Below are positions 1 to 10,597 of a DNA stretch of 64,000 bases, piece by piece; position 1 is the stretch's first letter; the number at the start of each line of letters is the position of its first letter. The position numbers and the translations under genes were made by a program. The stretch is from an uncultured delta proteobacterium (lineage in GTDB: Bacteria; Myxococcota_A; Polyangia; Fen-1088). Where the stretch lies: assembly GCA_963796685.1 (NCBI GenBank), contig CAWCMR010000025.1, forward strand, positions 2,048,001 through 2,112,000, read 5' to 3'. Under the pieces are notes generated by a model. That model had not been told where the DNA came from. It made no database searches and saw nothing but the letters and a program-made list of their open reading frames with translations.

Positions 1-316
1 CATGCACTTTGGCGACTGCACCTCGGCACAGGGCCGCGCGCTTGGGTTCGCGCTCGATCACCGTGACGTGACTTTGCCGAACCCTTCCCGTCAGAAGGAA
101 TTCCGCTGCCAGCAGCCCGACGTAGGCCTTGCCGGCCGCCGCGTCCACGAGGTGGATGGGGCGGTCGGGTCTCGTGCCTCCCACGACATGCTCGATTTCG
201 GCCAAGAGACCGAGCAACTCGGCGGCCTTCTTTCGATCCTCCTTGCGCAGGGCCGCCCCCGGCGCCGCGATGTACAAGCGGTGAAGGGCTTCCTGCACGG
301 CGGGCAGAGTGACCAT
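1..316 (-). CDS. SAM-dependent methyltransferase, 5' part (runs off window)
   Basis: Manual translation from ATG at 316: MVTLPAVQEALHRLYIAAPGAALRKEDRKKAAELLGLLAEIEHVVGGTRPDRPIHLVDAAAGKAYVGLLAAEFLL...VTVIERE; motif I-like LVDAAAGKAY and acidic residue after strand 2. Not in the ORF track because there is no stop in the window. Confidence 0.65.
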   Translation of the reverse strand, partial: MVTLPAVQEALHRLYIAAPGAALRKEDRKKAAELLGLLAEIEHVVGGTRPDRPIHLVDAAAGKAYVGLLAAEFLLTGRVRQSHVTVIEREPKRAALCRGAVAKVH

Positions 317-329
317 ATCTCGCCCGGCG

Positions 330-1893
330 CTAGGCCCTTGCCGCGCGCGAAAGTCGTTCCGGGTTGGCCCCGGTTCGTGCGCGCAAATCGATGTAGATCC
401 GCGCCAGCACCATGGCCGGGACCGGCAGGACGGCCATCGCGAGCAGATCGCTGGCGATGAAATGCAGGAAAACCACGGCCCGGCTCCCGGAGGTGGGCAG
501 CACCAGCTCGGTCAAGGTGGCCGCGACGAAGCCCAGCAGGGCGAACGACAGGAAGGCAAGCGCCACGCGAACGGCGTCGCTTCGCACCAGCTCGATGCTG
601 CGTGAAAGTGCGGCGCGCCCGCCTCGCTTCTCGAACAGCACCGCGTGCGGAACGAAGACGAAGAGGGCGCTCGACAGCAGGCCGGGCAGGACGAAGAGGG
701 CATTGCCGACGGCCACCAGCAACGCGGCCGGGATCAGAGAGACCAGGAAGAGCTCCCCGCGTGCGAGCAGGATAGGCCATAGATCGCCGATGCTCGGCAG
801 CGCGCCGCCGCCCTGCGTGTCGGCGGTCGCGACGGCCAGTGTTCCGCAAGCCACGGGAAACGCCATACCGAAGAGCAGCAGTCCCTGGATCAGCAGCGCA
901 AGCTTTTCGCGCAACCCGCTGCCTTCGCCGGGCCTCTCCTCGGGTGCGCGCCCTTGTGTCGTCTCGACCGCGGTGAGCGCGGCCAGCTCGGCGGCCGCTT
1001 GCTTGTCGATCTCCCCTTTGGCCTGGCTGGCCTGAATGCGCGCCGCCAAGGCGGCCTTGCGCGCCGAGAAATCGACCGTCGCGCCTGACTTGGCAAACAC
1101 CGAAGCATCGGGCCCACGAGCGACCCCGGCGAGCAGGCAGGACTGCAACACGGAAGCCGGCAGGACGAGCATCGCGACCAGCACGAAAAAGGGGGCGGGC
1201 TTGCGCAGGTAGGTGCCGACTGCCCACTGAAAGAGGTCGAGGACGCCGCGCGCATCCGCGGTCAGGCGCTCGGGGAAACTCCCGCTCTTCGTCCGCCGGG
1301 CCTCTCCCGAGGTGGCACCGTTCGCGGGCTGGGGAAGCGCGAAGGGCCTGCCTTTTCCAGGGGGTGGCAGATCCGTCGGCGTTTCTCCGGTCGGCAACGG
1401 GGCATTGCCGCTGGCGAAGCCGGCTCCAGGCGGGCTGGGCAGGTCCACCGGCGTGTCGATGCCCAGGATGGAGGGTGATGCTTCACGCGTGATGGTGTCG
1501 ATCACGACCTGAGCTCTCGGCGTCGGGGTCAGGTCGAGACTGATGACCAGAATCGGGGTTGTCCCTGGCCTCGGCCTCGGTGGGCAGGCGGAGCGGCGGG
1601 GTCCTTGGCGGTGGCAATTTGGCCGACGGAGTCGCCACCCCGAACATGGTCTTGCCGAGAGCGAGGGCGCTCGACCGATTGCCGGGCCTGCCGGGTGGCA
1701 AGGGGCGTGGGGCAGGCAAGGTGACGCGTGGAACGGCCTTGCTCGTTTCAGGCAGCGGCGGGGCAAGGGCAGCCGGGACACCGAACAGGGTCTTTTCCAT
1801 CGATGGGGCTTGCACCCCAATGACCTTTCCGGTCTTGGGACAAATGCGCTGGCTCGCATCGTGGTTCTGTCCGCAATAGATGCAAATGCTCAC
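330..1893 (-). CDS. Membrane protein with N-terminal zinc ribbon and Pro-rich linker (frameshift near 1585)
   Basis: Frame of ORF 1483..2010 gives (V)SICIYCGQNHDASQRICPKTG (CxxC...CPxxG). Frame of ORF 330..1859 gives the multi-TM C-terminal domain (ALSRSIELVR...LARIYIDLR). The two join in the Pro-rich linker. Confidence 0.65.
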
Positions 1894-1981
1894 GGTGAGG
1901 CCTTTTGCCGAAGATGTTAGCCCAACTGGCGACGCATTGCCCGTTTCCAAATGACCGTAACCCTGACAGAATTGGAGGATC

Positions 1982-3836
1982 TTGGGCCAAGAGACGCAGG
2001 TGCTACACAAGCCGGCAAGCCTGGTCGGGCAGATCGTGGGAGGTTACCGGTTGGTGACTGCGCTTCGTAGCGGTGGCATGGGCACGGTTTACTATGCCGA
2101 GCACACGGTCATCGGCCGCCGCGCCGCCGTGAAGGTCCTGCACCCCGAGGTGTCGCGCAACCCGCAACTGGTCTCGCGTTTTCTCATCGAGGCGCGCGCC
2201 GCCAACGACATCCGGCACCCCAACGTGGTGGAAATCACCGATCTCGGGCAGTCGGGCGACCTGCACTACATCGTCATGAGCTTCCTCGAAGGCGAGACGC
2301 TCGGCGAACGGTTGGAGCGGGAGAAAACTTTCGACGAAGCCTCCACGGTTCGCATCGTGCGCCAGGTCGCCTCCGCGCTGGCCGCCGCCCACGACCGCGG
2401 CATCGTCCACCGGGATCTGAAGCCCGAGAACGTCTTTCTGCTCAACCACCCCGACTACCCCGACTATGTCAAAGTCCTAGACTTCGGCATCGCCAAGCTC
2501 ATCGGCGCGCAGCAGGCCAATGCGCCCCACAACACCATGATGGGCACGGTTCTGGGCACGCCCGCCTATATGTCCCCCGAGCAGTGCCGCGGCGAACCCG
2601 AGCTCGATCACCGCAGCGACATTTACTCTCTCGGCGTCATGCTCTTCGAGATGCTGACCGGCACGCTCCCCTTCCGTCGCGATTCTCCGGCCGACGTGCT
2701 GCTCGCGCACGTGCAGGACAAGCCCGAGTCGCCGCTCGACCTCAACCCCAAGCTGTCGACGCACATGGCCGCCGCCATCCTGCGCGCCATGGAAAAGGAT
2801 CCGGCGCGGCGATTCTCGAGCATGCGCGAGCTGCGCGACGCCGTGGAGAACGTGGCCAGGCCGGCCAAGGCCGCCGCGGCGCCCACCGCGATCGAGGAAG
2901 AAACCTTCGAGAAGCGCGAGAAACGCGAGGCCTCCTTCGTCGTCGGCAAGCTCACCGACATCATTCTCAAGCGCCTCGAGAGCGACAACCTGCTCGTGCC
3001 CGCCATGCCGGCGATCGCGGTGCAGTGCATGCGGCTACTCGAGGATCCGAACCAGAGCTTCAAGCAGGTCGGCGAGCTCGTGGGCAAGGATCCCGTGCTG
3101 GCTTCGCGCGTGCTGCGCCTGGCGAACAGCGCCGCCTTTCCTGGCAAGACGCCGGCCGCCACGCTCGAACAAGCCATCCCGCGCATGGGAACCGAGGGGC
3201 TCAAGCTCGCGCTCGTGCACTATTCGATGTACCAGGCATTTTCGTCGCGGGATGCGCGCATCCAGTCGGCGTTTCGCGGTATCTGGGAACACTCCTTGGC
3301 GGTGGCTCTCCTTGCCAAGGAGATCGCCGGACAGGTGCAGGAACCGAGCATCGTGGACACAGGGGTCGCCTATCTGGCCGGCCTGCTTCACGACGTGGGC
3401 AAGCCCGTGGTCGCGGCCTTGCTACTCGAGGCGGAGAAGCTCGCGTCCCTGCACAAGTCGGCGGTGCCATGGATCAGCCATAGCGTGTGGCGACAGGTGG
3501 TCGATCGTTCGCACCGCAACATCGGCGTCGAGCTTTCCCGTCGCTGGCGAGCTGCCGGTCGAGATCAGCCAAGCGGTCGAAAAGTGCGCCGCCTACGATC
3601 CGGCGGTGCCCTGGGCGTATTCCAATATCGTCCGCCTGGCCAACGCCTTTGCCAAGCAGCAAGGCCTCTACGCGGGGGACGTGGACGCCGTGCACGAGGG
3701 CCAGGTGGTCGCGGAAGGCAAGAGCCTGCTCGGCCTCGGCGACGAGGTGATGACCTTGTTGTGCGCAGGCTTGTATTCCCGCGTCGGCACGCTGTTCGAG
3801 ATCAAAATCGGCAGTGCCCAATCCAAGCCGTCGTAA
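1982..3836 (+). CDS. Ser/Thr protein kinase fused to HDOD domain (frameshift near 3549)
   Basis: GGMGTVY, AVK, HRDLKPEN, DFG, GTPAYMSPEQ; HDOD motifs DPVLASRVLRLANSA, WEHS, GLLHDVGK. C-terminus (LPVEISQAV...) continues in ORF 3252..3836. Confidence 0.9.
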
Positions 3837-3976
3837 GCGCATGGGCCCAGGCCGTGCGCGAGGGCGCGCGCGGTGTGGTCAGATGATTTTTTCGGCGATC
3901 TTCGCCGCCTCCTTGCTTCCTTGCACGCGGCTGTTGCATCTATTGGCGACAGGAAGAAAACCGGAAAGGTGCCACG

Positions 3977-4309
3977 ATGGAACTTGGAAAAAAGAAATGT
4001 CTTCCATGTGAAGGTGGCGCGACCACGCTGCCAGCGGATGAAGTGGAGCGCTTGCTGTCGCAGATCTCGGGATGGCAAGTCGAGCCCGGGTTTCCCGAGC
4101 TGCGCAAGCGCTTCAAGTTCCTCAGCTTCATGGACACGATGGCCTTCGTGAATCGCATGGCCGAGCTGGCCGAGGCCGAAGGCCACCATCCCGATTTCTG
4201 CGTGCGCTACACGAACCTCGATGTGTCGCTGACCACGCACGCCATCGGCGGCCTATCCGAGAACGACTTCATCTTGGCTGCCAAGATCGATCAGCTTCCG
4301 CGCTCCTGA
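3977..4309 (+). CDS. phhB: Pterin-4-alpha-carbinolamine dehydratase
   Basis: KKCLPCEGG N-terminus, AEAEGHHPD, TTHAIGGLSENDFILAAKID signature. Confidence 0.92.
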   Translation: MELGKKKCLPCEGGATTLPADEVERLLSQISGWQVEPGFPELRKRFKFLSFMDTMAFVNRMAELAEAEGHHPDFCVRYTNLDVSLTTHAIGGLSENDFILAAKIDQLPRS

Positions 4310-5482
4310 CTACAGGGGCGGATGGGCGTTGTGGACCAGATCCATGAAGTAGGACTCGAACCACTGACCGGCCTGGGGTGCGCCCTTGGCCGCGTCGGGT
4401 CCGCCGCACATGGGATCGAAGCGCGGTTGCGAGGGATCGGAGACGCCGTCCGACTCTCCCGGCGGCTTGATCCAGAAGTACGCATCGATGCCGGGTCCGG
4501 GCGCGACCTTGGGACGCTCGCCGAGGCCCGCGCCGTGCACGTTGCACCAGCTGCCCCACTTGGCACGAATGTTTCCCTTGCCGTTGCGGGAGGTGTCAAT
4601 GATGAAGGCCGGGTGATTGAAGCCGTACATCTGCAGCGTTTCGCCCAGGATCCTGGCGTAGGTCAGCTCGTTCGGGCACGGGTTGGTGGGCTCGAGCACG
4701 GCACCATCGCGGTTCGACAGGCTGGTGTAGTTCGCGGTGTTGATGGCGAAACCGCGAATCATATCGGGACCGCCCGCCTCGTTGAGAACGGTCTTGAAGA
4801 TCCGCGCGATCTTGGCGCGGTTGTCGTCCCAGCCCAGCCAGCCCGAGTGGGCCGCGTCGAGGTACACGCTGACGTTGGGTAGGGCAAACTGCTTGATGGC
4901 GTACACGATGCCATCCTTGTAGGCGGTTTTCGCTTCTTGGCACATGGGCAGCGCCATGTTGGTGGCCAAGTTGCCGAGCGAGTCGGGTTCGAGGACGACG
5001 GCGATGGGCTGGGTCGGGTGGGCCTTGAACTGCGCGGTAATGGGGTCGATGAATTCTTTCATGTAGCGGGCCTCGCCGTTCTGCGAGACCTTGAGCTCGC
5101 CAGCCGACGATTCGGCCGAGCAGTCGCGGTTCGGCAGGTCGTAGACCACCACCATCGTCAGCGTCGGCTTGCCGGTCGCATCCTGCTGCTTCTTCGCGTC
5201 GTCGAGCCAGCCTTGGAGATTGCCCACGGCTTTGATGGAATCCAGCCACACCGCGGTCGGGTACGTGGCGACCTTGCGAATCGTGTCGGCCTCGTCCGGG
5301 TGCTTCTTCGCGGTGGCTTCGACGTTCGCGGTGTACTCCGGATTGAGGAAGAAGGCGACGTCCTTGAACGGGTTCTTGCTCGACCCCGGGCTGGACGATC
5401 CAGCTTCGCCGAGGGATCCCGCGCAGGACGAGGCGGCAAGAATGACGAACAACGCTGGATTTATGCGGATACGCTGATGCAT
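4310..5482 (-). CDS. Glycoside hydrolase family 6 (cellobiohydrolase/endoglucanase), predicted lipoprotein
   Basis: YDLPNRDC, LEPDSL, IDTSRNG, WCN, WIKPPGESDG, APQAGQWF; lipobox-like LAASSC after start MHQR. Confidence 0.93.
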   Translation of the reverse strand: MHQRIRINPALFVILAASSCAGSLGEAGSSSPGSSKNPFKDVAFFLNPEYTANVEATAKKHPDEADTIRKVATYPTAVWLDSIKAVGNLQGWLDDAKKQQDATGKPTLTMVVVYDLPNRDCSAESSAGELKVSQNGEARYMKEFIDPITAQFKAHPTQPIAVVLEPDSLGNLATNMALPMCQEAKTAYKDGIVYAIKQFALPNVSVYLDAAHSGWLGWDDNRAKIARIFKTVLNEAGGPDMIRGFAINTANYTSLSNRDGAVLEPTNPCPNELTYARILGETLQMYGFNHPAFIIDTSRNGKGNIRAKWGSWCNVHGAGLGERPKVAPGPGIDAYFWIKPPGESDGVSDPSQPRFDPMCGGPDAAKGAPQAGQWFESYFMDLVHNAHPPL

Positions 5483-5647
5483 CGCTGAGCTCTCCTGCCG
5501 ATGCGGCGAGTTCGTTGCGCCAGGCCATCCTGGCAAAGGCTGCCGCTTCGGCGCACGTGATACTACACGATCTCTCCGTGCACAGACCAGGCGCAGTCGC
5601 GAAAAGAAGGCGCGATGCGCTGCATCCTCGTCGGATTCGGCTCTGGG

Positions 5648-6571
5648 CTAGCAGACGCGGTTTCGCCCCGTGTTCTTCGCTTCGTAGAGGCGGGCATCGG
5701 TTCGGGTCAGCAGATCGCTGATGGATTCGCCGGGTCCCGGCTGGTAGACGCCCCCCGAGATGGTGACCTCGAAACCCACCCGCAGGCTTACGCTCGCCAC
5801 CCTCGCGCGGATCTTTTCCGCGCACAGGAGGGCCCCCGCATAGGACGTCTCGGGTAGCATGACGAGAAACTCCTCGCCGCCCCATCGCGCGACCAGATCG
5901 GTGTCGCGCACGCCCGAGGAGATGGCCTTGGCCACCTGGCGCAACACCTCGTCTCCTGTCTCGTGCCCATGCGCATCGTTGATACTCTTGAAGTGGTCGA
6001 TGTCGAACAGGACGAACGACACCGGTGTTTGAAAGCGGCGCAGGCGAAGCATTTCCTGGCTGATTTCGCGCTCGATCCCGCGGCGGTTGGCAATCCCCGT
6101 CAGGCGGTCGGTCAGCGCCATCCGCTCATAAGCATGGGTGAGGTCCACGTCCGCCGTGATGTCGGTGCCGACGGCCACGATGGCGTAGTGCGGACTTTGG
6201 ACTTTGCGGGCCACCCAGCGGACCACGGTTCGCGACGGGCGGGCCAGCTCGAATTCCTCGCATCTGACCGCGCTGCCCATGGGGAACAGGCCCTTGTCGC
6301 ACAGAGGCTTGGAGGGATCGTCCATCAGCGAGAGGGTGAGCGCGCTGAAGTCGGTGGCGGCCATCCCCACGAGGGTCTCGGGGGCTTGGCCGAACAGCAC
6401 GGCCATGGCCAGGCTACAAATCGTGATTCTGCCGTCGTCGCCCACCAGCATGACGCCCGATTCGAGCGAATCGAAGAGCGGCCGCAGGATCTCGACAAGC
6501 GTCGTCTCCGCACTGTCCCTGGGCGCTTTTTCGGCACCTTCTGGAACAAAGGCCTGTGCTGGGTTCCGCAC
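5648..6571 (-). CDS. PAS-GGDEF diguanylate cyclase (SiaD-like position)
   Basis: DRLTGIANRR, FDIDHFKSINDAHGH, RDTD I-site followed by GGEEF. Start uncertain; GTG 6571 chosen just after the upstream stop. Confidence 0.88.
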   Translation of the reverse strand: MRNPAQAFVPEGAEKAPRDSAETTLVEILRPLFDSLESGVMLVGDDGRITICSLAMAVLFGQAPETLVGMAATDFSALTLSLMDDPSKPLCDKGLFPMGSAVRCEEFELARPSRTVVRWVARKVQSPHYAIVAVGTDITADVDLTHAYERMALTDRLTGIANRRGIEREISQEMLRLRRFQTPVSFVLFDIDHFKSINDAHGHETGDEVLRQVAKAISSGVRDTDLVARWGGEEFLVMLPETSYAGALLCAEKIRARVASVSLRVGFEVTISGGVYQPGPGESISDLLTRTDARLYEAKNTGRNRVC

Positions 6572-6576
6572 GGGAG

Positions 6577-6954
6577 CTACGCTTGGATGGTGATGATTTC
6601 GTTGGCCAGACAGGCCAAGGCATTCAGGCTGCGCCGTTGCCAGTACACCGAGGGACTGGACAGGAAGACGATGCGGTATTTCCCCTCGCCAGGCTGTTCC
6701 TGCACCGTGCTGATCCACCACACGAAGCACTTGAGGCACGACGAGTTCATGAATTCGAGCTGGCGCATGTCGACGGTGACTTCCTCGGCCAGGCAGCGTT
6801 GCGCCTCCGAGTGGACGTTGCGCAGGAAGTGATCGAGTTGGTTCTTGACCGTCAGATCGGCGGTCCCGGTCAGGTTGACCTGAATCCTTCGCTCGTCCGT
6901 GCTGGCATGCGCGGTGAAGTCGCTCTCCTTCATGGTCTCCACCCAATCAGTCAT
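6577..6954 (-). CDS. STAS-like/SiaC-like small regulatory protein
   Basis: VTVDMRQLEFMNSSCLK resembles the anti-anti-sigma phospho-Ser motif; GAGGAG RBS before ATG 6954; overlaps the upstream stop. Confidence 0.72.
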   Translation of the reverse strand: MTDWVETMKESDFTAHASTDERRIQVNLTGTADLTVKNQLDHFLRNVHSEAQRCLAEEVTVDMRQLEFMNSSCLKCFVWWISTVQEQPGEGKYRIVFLSSPSVYWQRRSLNALACLANEIITIQA

Positions 6955-7439
6955 GCGATGCACTCCTCGATGGCAAGCAACTCGCCGTGATGGTGACCAT
7001 GCTGCCTTCGATTTCGAGAGATAGGTCGAGCTTCGCCCTCGGCGCGAATGCGCGCCAGGCCCAGGCCCGATTCGTCCTGAACGCCGAACGTCCTGCGCAT
7101 CAGGCTTTGGTAGAGCACGAACGGGTCCGTGCTGGCCTGGATCTCGTCGATGCACGCGCGCAGCCGGGCGATGTGCTCGGGGGTGGTTTGGTTGGTCAGC
7201 TTGATCTTCGCCGCCGAACCGTTCGACTCGAAGTGGACGGTAAGGCCGGTCTTGTCGCCGACGGCGTACTTTGCGGCATTCTCCAGGAGCTCGTGCACGG
7301 CCAAGGAAACCCTGAATACCGCTTCGGGATCTCCCACCAGCTTCTCGAAGCTCTCCTCCACGAACCGGCGTACGATGGACACCATGCGTGATCGAGGCTG
7401 AATCTGGAGTCCAAAGCTAAGGGTGGGTCCTTCGGGCAT
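6947..7439 (-). CDS. HATPase_c anti-sigma-type/SiaB-like kinase (frameshift near 7033)
   Basis: N-box HELLENAAKY, G-box SGLGLARI. Removing one base at 7033 gives the more typical end GELDLSLEIEGSMVTITAS...HD*. Confidence 0.75.
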
Positions 7440-7676
7440 GGGAACCGTCTCTAGGGCATCGGCAGCGCGAAGGAAAGAGTTTAGCCGATAAGGAGCGCGA
7501 CGAGGCACCCTTCCACGACGGATGCACGCACCCGATCGAAGCGATGGAGGGTGGACGCAGACGGCTTACGACCACGACCTCCCGCGGCTACCGCGGGATA
7601 ATGGGAACCTGGCGGTGCTGGACTCGCACGGCAACCCTGGGTCATAGTCGGCCCGACGTGCAGACACGAGGCAAGC

Positions 7677-9344
7677 ATGCGCGGCGTTGGTAACTTGAGG
7701 GTGGGCGGCCCCATTTCGCTCATCCTGGTCCTGGTTTTTCCCGCCATGATCGCCGCCGCCGTCGCCCTGGCGTACTACGGTTTCAAGCACGCCGAGGACG
7801 TGTCCCGACCGGTGGAGCAGCTCTTTCGCCAGGAATGCCAGGACTACGCCGAGGGACTGGCCAAGACCGTCGAAAGCAAGCTCGATCGCGACGCGCTGGC
7901 GCTGTTCGCCAAGATCGCGGTCTTGGAAGACGATCCCGCGTCGACCGACCCCTGCGATCTGGATCCCGGATCGGGCATTGATTCCTTTGCCGTGCTCGGC
8001 GAGACCCGTCGTGTCGAGTGCACGTGGCCACGCGCTCGCGAAACCGATTCCAAACGGCGGCGGTCGGCCGATGCCGGCCAGGCGAGGATCACGTGGCTCG
8101 CGAAAATCAAGAACCTGGCCTGGTCGCAGCTCGATCTGGACAACTTCGCCTACCACCATGACGTGCTCGACAGCGGTGGCTCGGCGCTGCTCGCCTACAC
8201 GGCTCGCAGGGCCAGCGACGGCGAGCTGTACCACGTGGTGGCCAGGCTGACCCTCGATTTCATCGGCAAACAATGGGCTGATGGAGAGCTTGGGCCCGTG
8301 CGCAAGAACCGCCGCGTGGCCATCCTCGACGAGTCGAACGCTCTCATCGCGGGCGTGCGGCCCACCGGGCCCGAGGCGCGTCCGGGGGGCCGTCTCTTCT
8401 ACGAGGGGCCGTTCGGCAAGGCACTCTATCGCTGGCGCATTCAAATGGTTCCGCAAAACGCCGAGGAGTTTCAGGCGCAGTGGGAACGGACCAAGAGCCT
8501 GCGCCGCATTCTCATCTTGCTGGCGACGGTCATCATCGTCGTGGGTCTGGTGCTGGTTTGGCTGGCCATCTTGACCGAGCGCCGCGCCTCGCGCATGAAG
8601 AGCGACTTCATCGCCAACGTGTCGCATGAGCTCAAGACGCCGCTCTCGCTCATCCGCATGTTCGGCGAGATGGTGGCCACCGGTCGTCACAAGGGCGAAG
8701 AGGCGGCGCGCGAATACGGTGGCATCATCACCCGCGAGTCCGAGCGGCTGTCGCACCTCATCGACAACGTGCTCGATTTCTCGCGCCTCGAGCGTGGCAA
8801 GGCCAGCTACCACTTCGCCGAGGGCAATCTGGCCGAGGTGGTGGAGCGCGCGCTCGACGTGTGTCGCTACCGGCTCGAACGCGACAAGATGAAGCTGGTG
8901 GTCGACATCGCGCCGGATTTGCCCGCCGTGCGCATGGACGAGAACGAGATGACCCTGGTCGTGCTCAACCTGATCGACAACGCCATCAAGCACGCCGCCG
9001 ACGGTGGCAAGGTCGTAGTGACGGTGGTGCGCTCGGGAGGCTTCGTGACCCTCGCGGTGCGCGACTTCGGTCCTGGCATCGTACGCGAGGAGCATCCGCG
9101 CGTATTCGAGCGCTTCTACCGATCGCAAAGCACGCGCGAGAGAAATGTCCGCGGCAGTGGTATAGGATTGGCCCTGGTCAAGCACATCGCCGAGGCCCAC
9201 GGTGGTCGCGTGACCGTTCAAAGCCCCGTCTCCGACACGCCCGACGATGCGAAAGGTTGCCTCTTCAAAGTCTTCGTTCCCGCACCGGTTCCCGCCCTCG
9301 TCGAGGGCCTTGCGCAGGGGCCGGCCGTCGAGGGGTCCAGGTAG
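7677..9344 (+). CDS. Membrane sensor histidine kinase
   Basis: Two TM segments, VSHELKTPL H-box, NLIDNAIKH, DFGPGI, FERFYR, GSGIGLALVK. Confidence 0.93.
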   Translation: MRGVGNLRVGGPISLILVLVFPAMIAAAVALAYYGFKHAEDVSRPVEQLFRQECQDYAEGLAKTVESKLDRDALALFAKIAVLEDDPASTDPCDLDPGSGIDSFAVLGETRRVECTWPRARETDSKRRRSADAGQARITWLAKIKNLAWSQLDLDNFAYHHDVLDSGGSALLAYTARRASDGELYHVVARLTLDFIGKQWADGELGPVRKNRRVAILDESNALIAGVRPTGPEARPGGRLFYEGPFGKALYRWRIQMVPQNAEEFQAQWERTKSLRRILILLATVIIVVGLVLVWLAILTERRASRMKSDFIANVSHELKTPLSLIRMFGEMVATGRHKGEEAAREYGGIITRESERLSHLIDNVLDFSRLERGKASYHFAEGNLAEVVERALDVCRYRLERDKMKLVVDIAPDLPAVRMDENEMTLVVLNLIDNAIKHAADGGKVVVTVVRSGGFVTLAVRDFGPGIVREEHPRVFERFYRSQSTRERNVRGSGIGLALVKHIAEAHGGRVTVQSPVSDTPDDAKGCLFKVFVPAPVPALVEGLAQGPAVEGSR

Positions 9345-9347
9345 GCC

Positions 9348-10067
9348 ATGAACGGCTCGACCTCGGTTACCAACGCGGGGGCAAATCGGCGCCGCATTCT
9401 CGTCATCGAAGACGAGCCGGACATCGCGCGCGGTCTGCGCGACGCCCTGGAATTCGAGCAGTTCGAGGTCGCCACCACGGGCCTCGGCCGCGACGGTATC
9501 AAGACCCTGCGCGAGCGCGGCGCCGACCTGGTCATCCTGGATCTCATGCTGCCCGACATCAACGGCTTCACCGTGTGCGAGGAGATCCGGCAAAGCCATC
9601 CCGTGGTGCCCATCATCATGCTCACCGCGCGCTCGCAAGAGACGGACAAGATTCGCGGCCTCGAGGCCGGTGCCGACGACTACGTGACCAAGCCGTTCTC
9701 CGTGGGCGAGCTCATCGCGCGTATCGGCGCGATTTTCCGCAGGCTTCATCGCAGCGGTGGCAGCGACGAAGCCATTCGAATCGGACAGGCGACGATTTAC
9801 CCGCGCCGACACGAGCTGGTTCGCAACCGCAGGACCGTACCCTTGTCGTTCTACGAGGTTGAGATTTTGCGCCTGCTTCACGAACGCGCCGGCGAGCCCG
9901 TGCCGCGCGAGGAGATCCTCGAGAAGATCTGGGGCGTTACGGGGTACGGTAGCAGCCGCTCGGTGGACAATTTCGTGGTCAAGCTGCGCAAGAAGATCGA
10001 AGAGGATGCATCAAGTCCACGTCACATCGTGACGATATACGGAACCGGGTACAAACTTCTACTCTAG
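9348..10067 (+). CDS. OmpR/PhoB-family response regulator
   Basis: [24 protein letters not shown], winged-helix end [15 protein letters not shown]...GTGYK. Confidence 0.95.
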   Translation: MNGSTSVTNAGANRRRILVIEDEPDIARGLRDALEFEQFEVATTGLGRDGIKTLRERGADLVILDLMLPDINGFTVCEEIRQSHPVVPIIMLTARSQETDKIRGLEAGADDYVTKPFSVGELIARIGAIFRRLHRSGGSDEAIRIGQATIYPRRHELVRNRRTVPLSFYEVEILRLLHERAGEPVPREEILEKIWGVTGYGSSRSVDNFVVKLRKKIEEDASSPRHIVTIYGTGYKLLL

Positions 10068-10131
10068 CTCCTGGCTTGGCGCGGAGACTGACCATCCTCG
10101 CCGGGCCGGGTCGTTGCATTCAAGGAACCTC

Positions 10132-10527
10132 ATGAACGTCAATTCCTCTTCTCCCGACGGGGGCAGGGTTTCGCTGCAAGTGGACGGTAGCCTCGTCACC
10201 ATCCGCGGGGAAATCGACCAAACGAGCCCCAAGCTTTTTCTGGCGCCATTCTTCGAGGAGATCCATGCGGCGGCCGAGCAAGAGGGCTTGCACGAGGTGA
10301 AGGTGGACATTCGCAGCCTGCACTTCCTCAACTCGGCCGCGGTCAAGGAGCTCATCGCCTGGGTGCTCAAGCGTAACCGCCTGCCGCCGGGGAAGAAGTA
10401 CGTGCTCGATTTCATCTACGATTCGTCCATCCTGTGGCAGCGGGTGACCATGCCGACCCTCAGCCAGCTCGATCCGGACTTCGTGGTGCTCAGCGATCAT
10501 AGCAAGTCGCCATCTCGGCATAGGTAG
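10132..10527 (+). CDS. Second STAS-like/SiaC-like protein
   Basis: VKVDIRSLHFLNSAAVK...WV...KY...F...WQR aligns by eye with 6577..6954; AAGGA RBS. Confidence 0.7.
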   Translation: MNVNSSSPDGGRVSLQVDGSLVTIRGEIDQTSPKLFLAPFFEEIHAAAEQEGLHEVKVDIRSLHFLNSAAVKELIAWVLKRNRLPPGKKYVLDFIYDSSILWQRVTMPTLSQLDPDFVVLSDHSKSPSRHR

Positions 10528-10597
10528 GTGGACCGCAGCCTCGACCCGCAACCGGGTTGCAACGGCATCACCTGGGACGGTCGTTGCATGGATCAGA

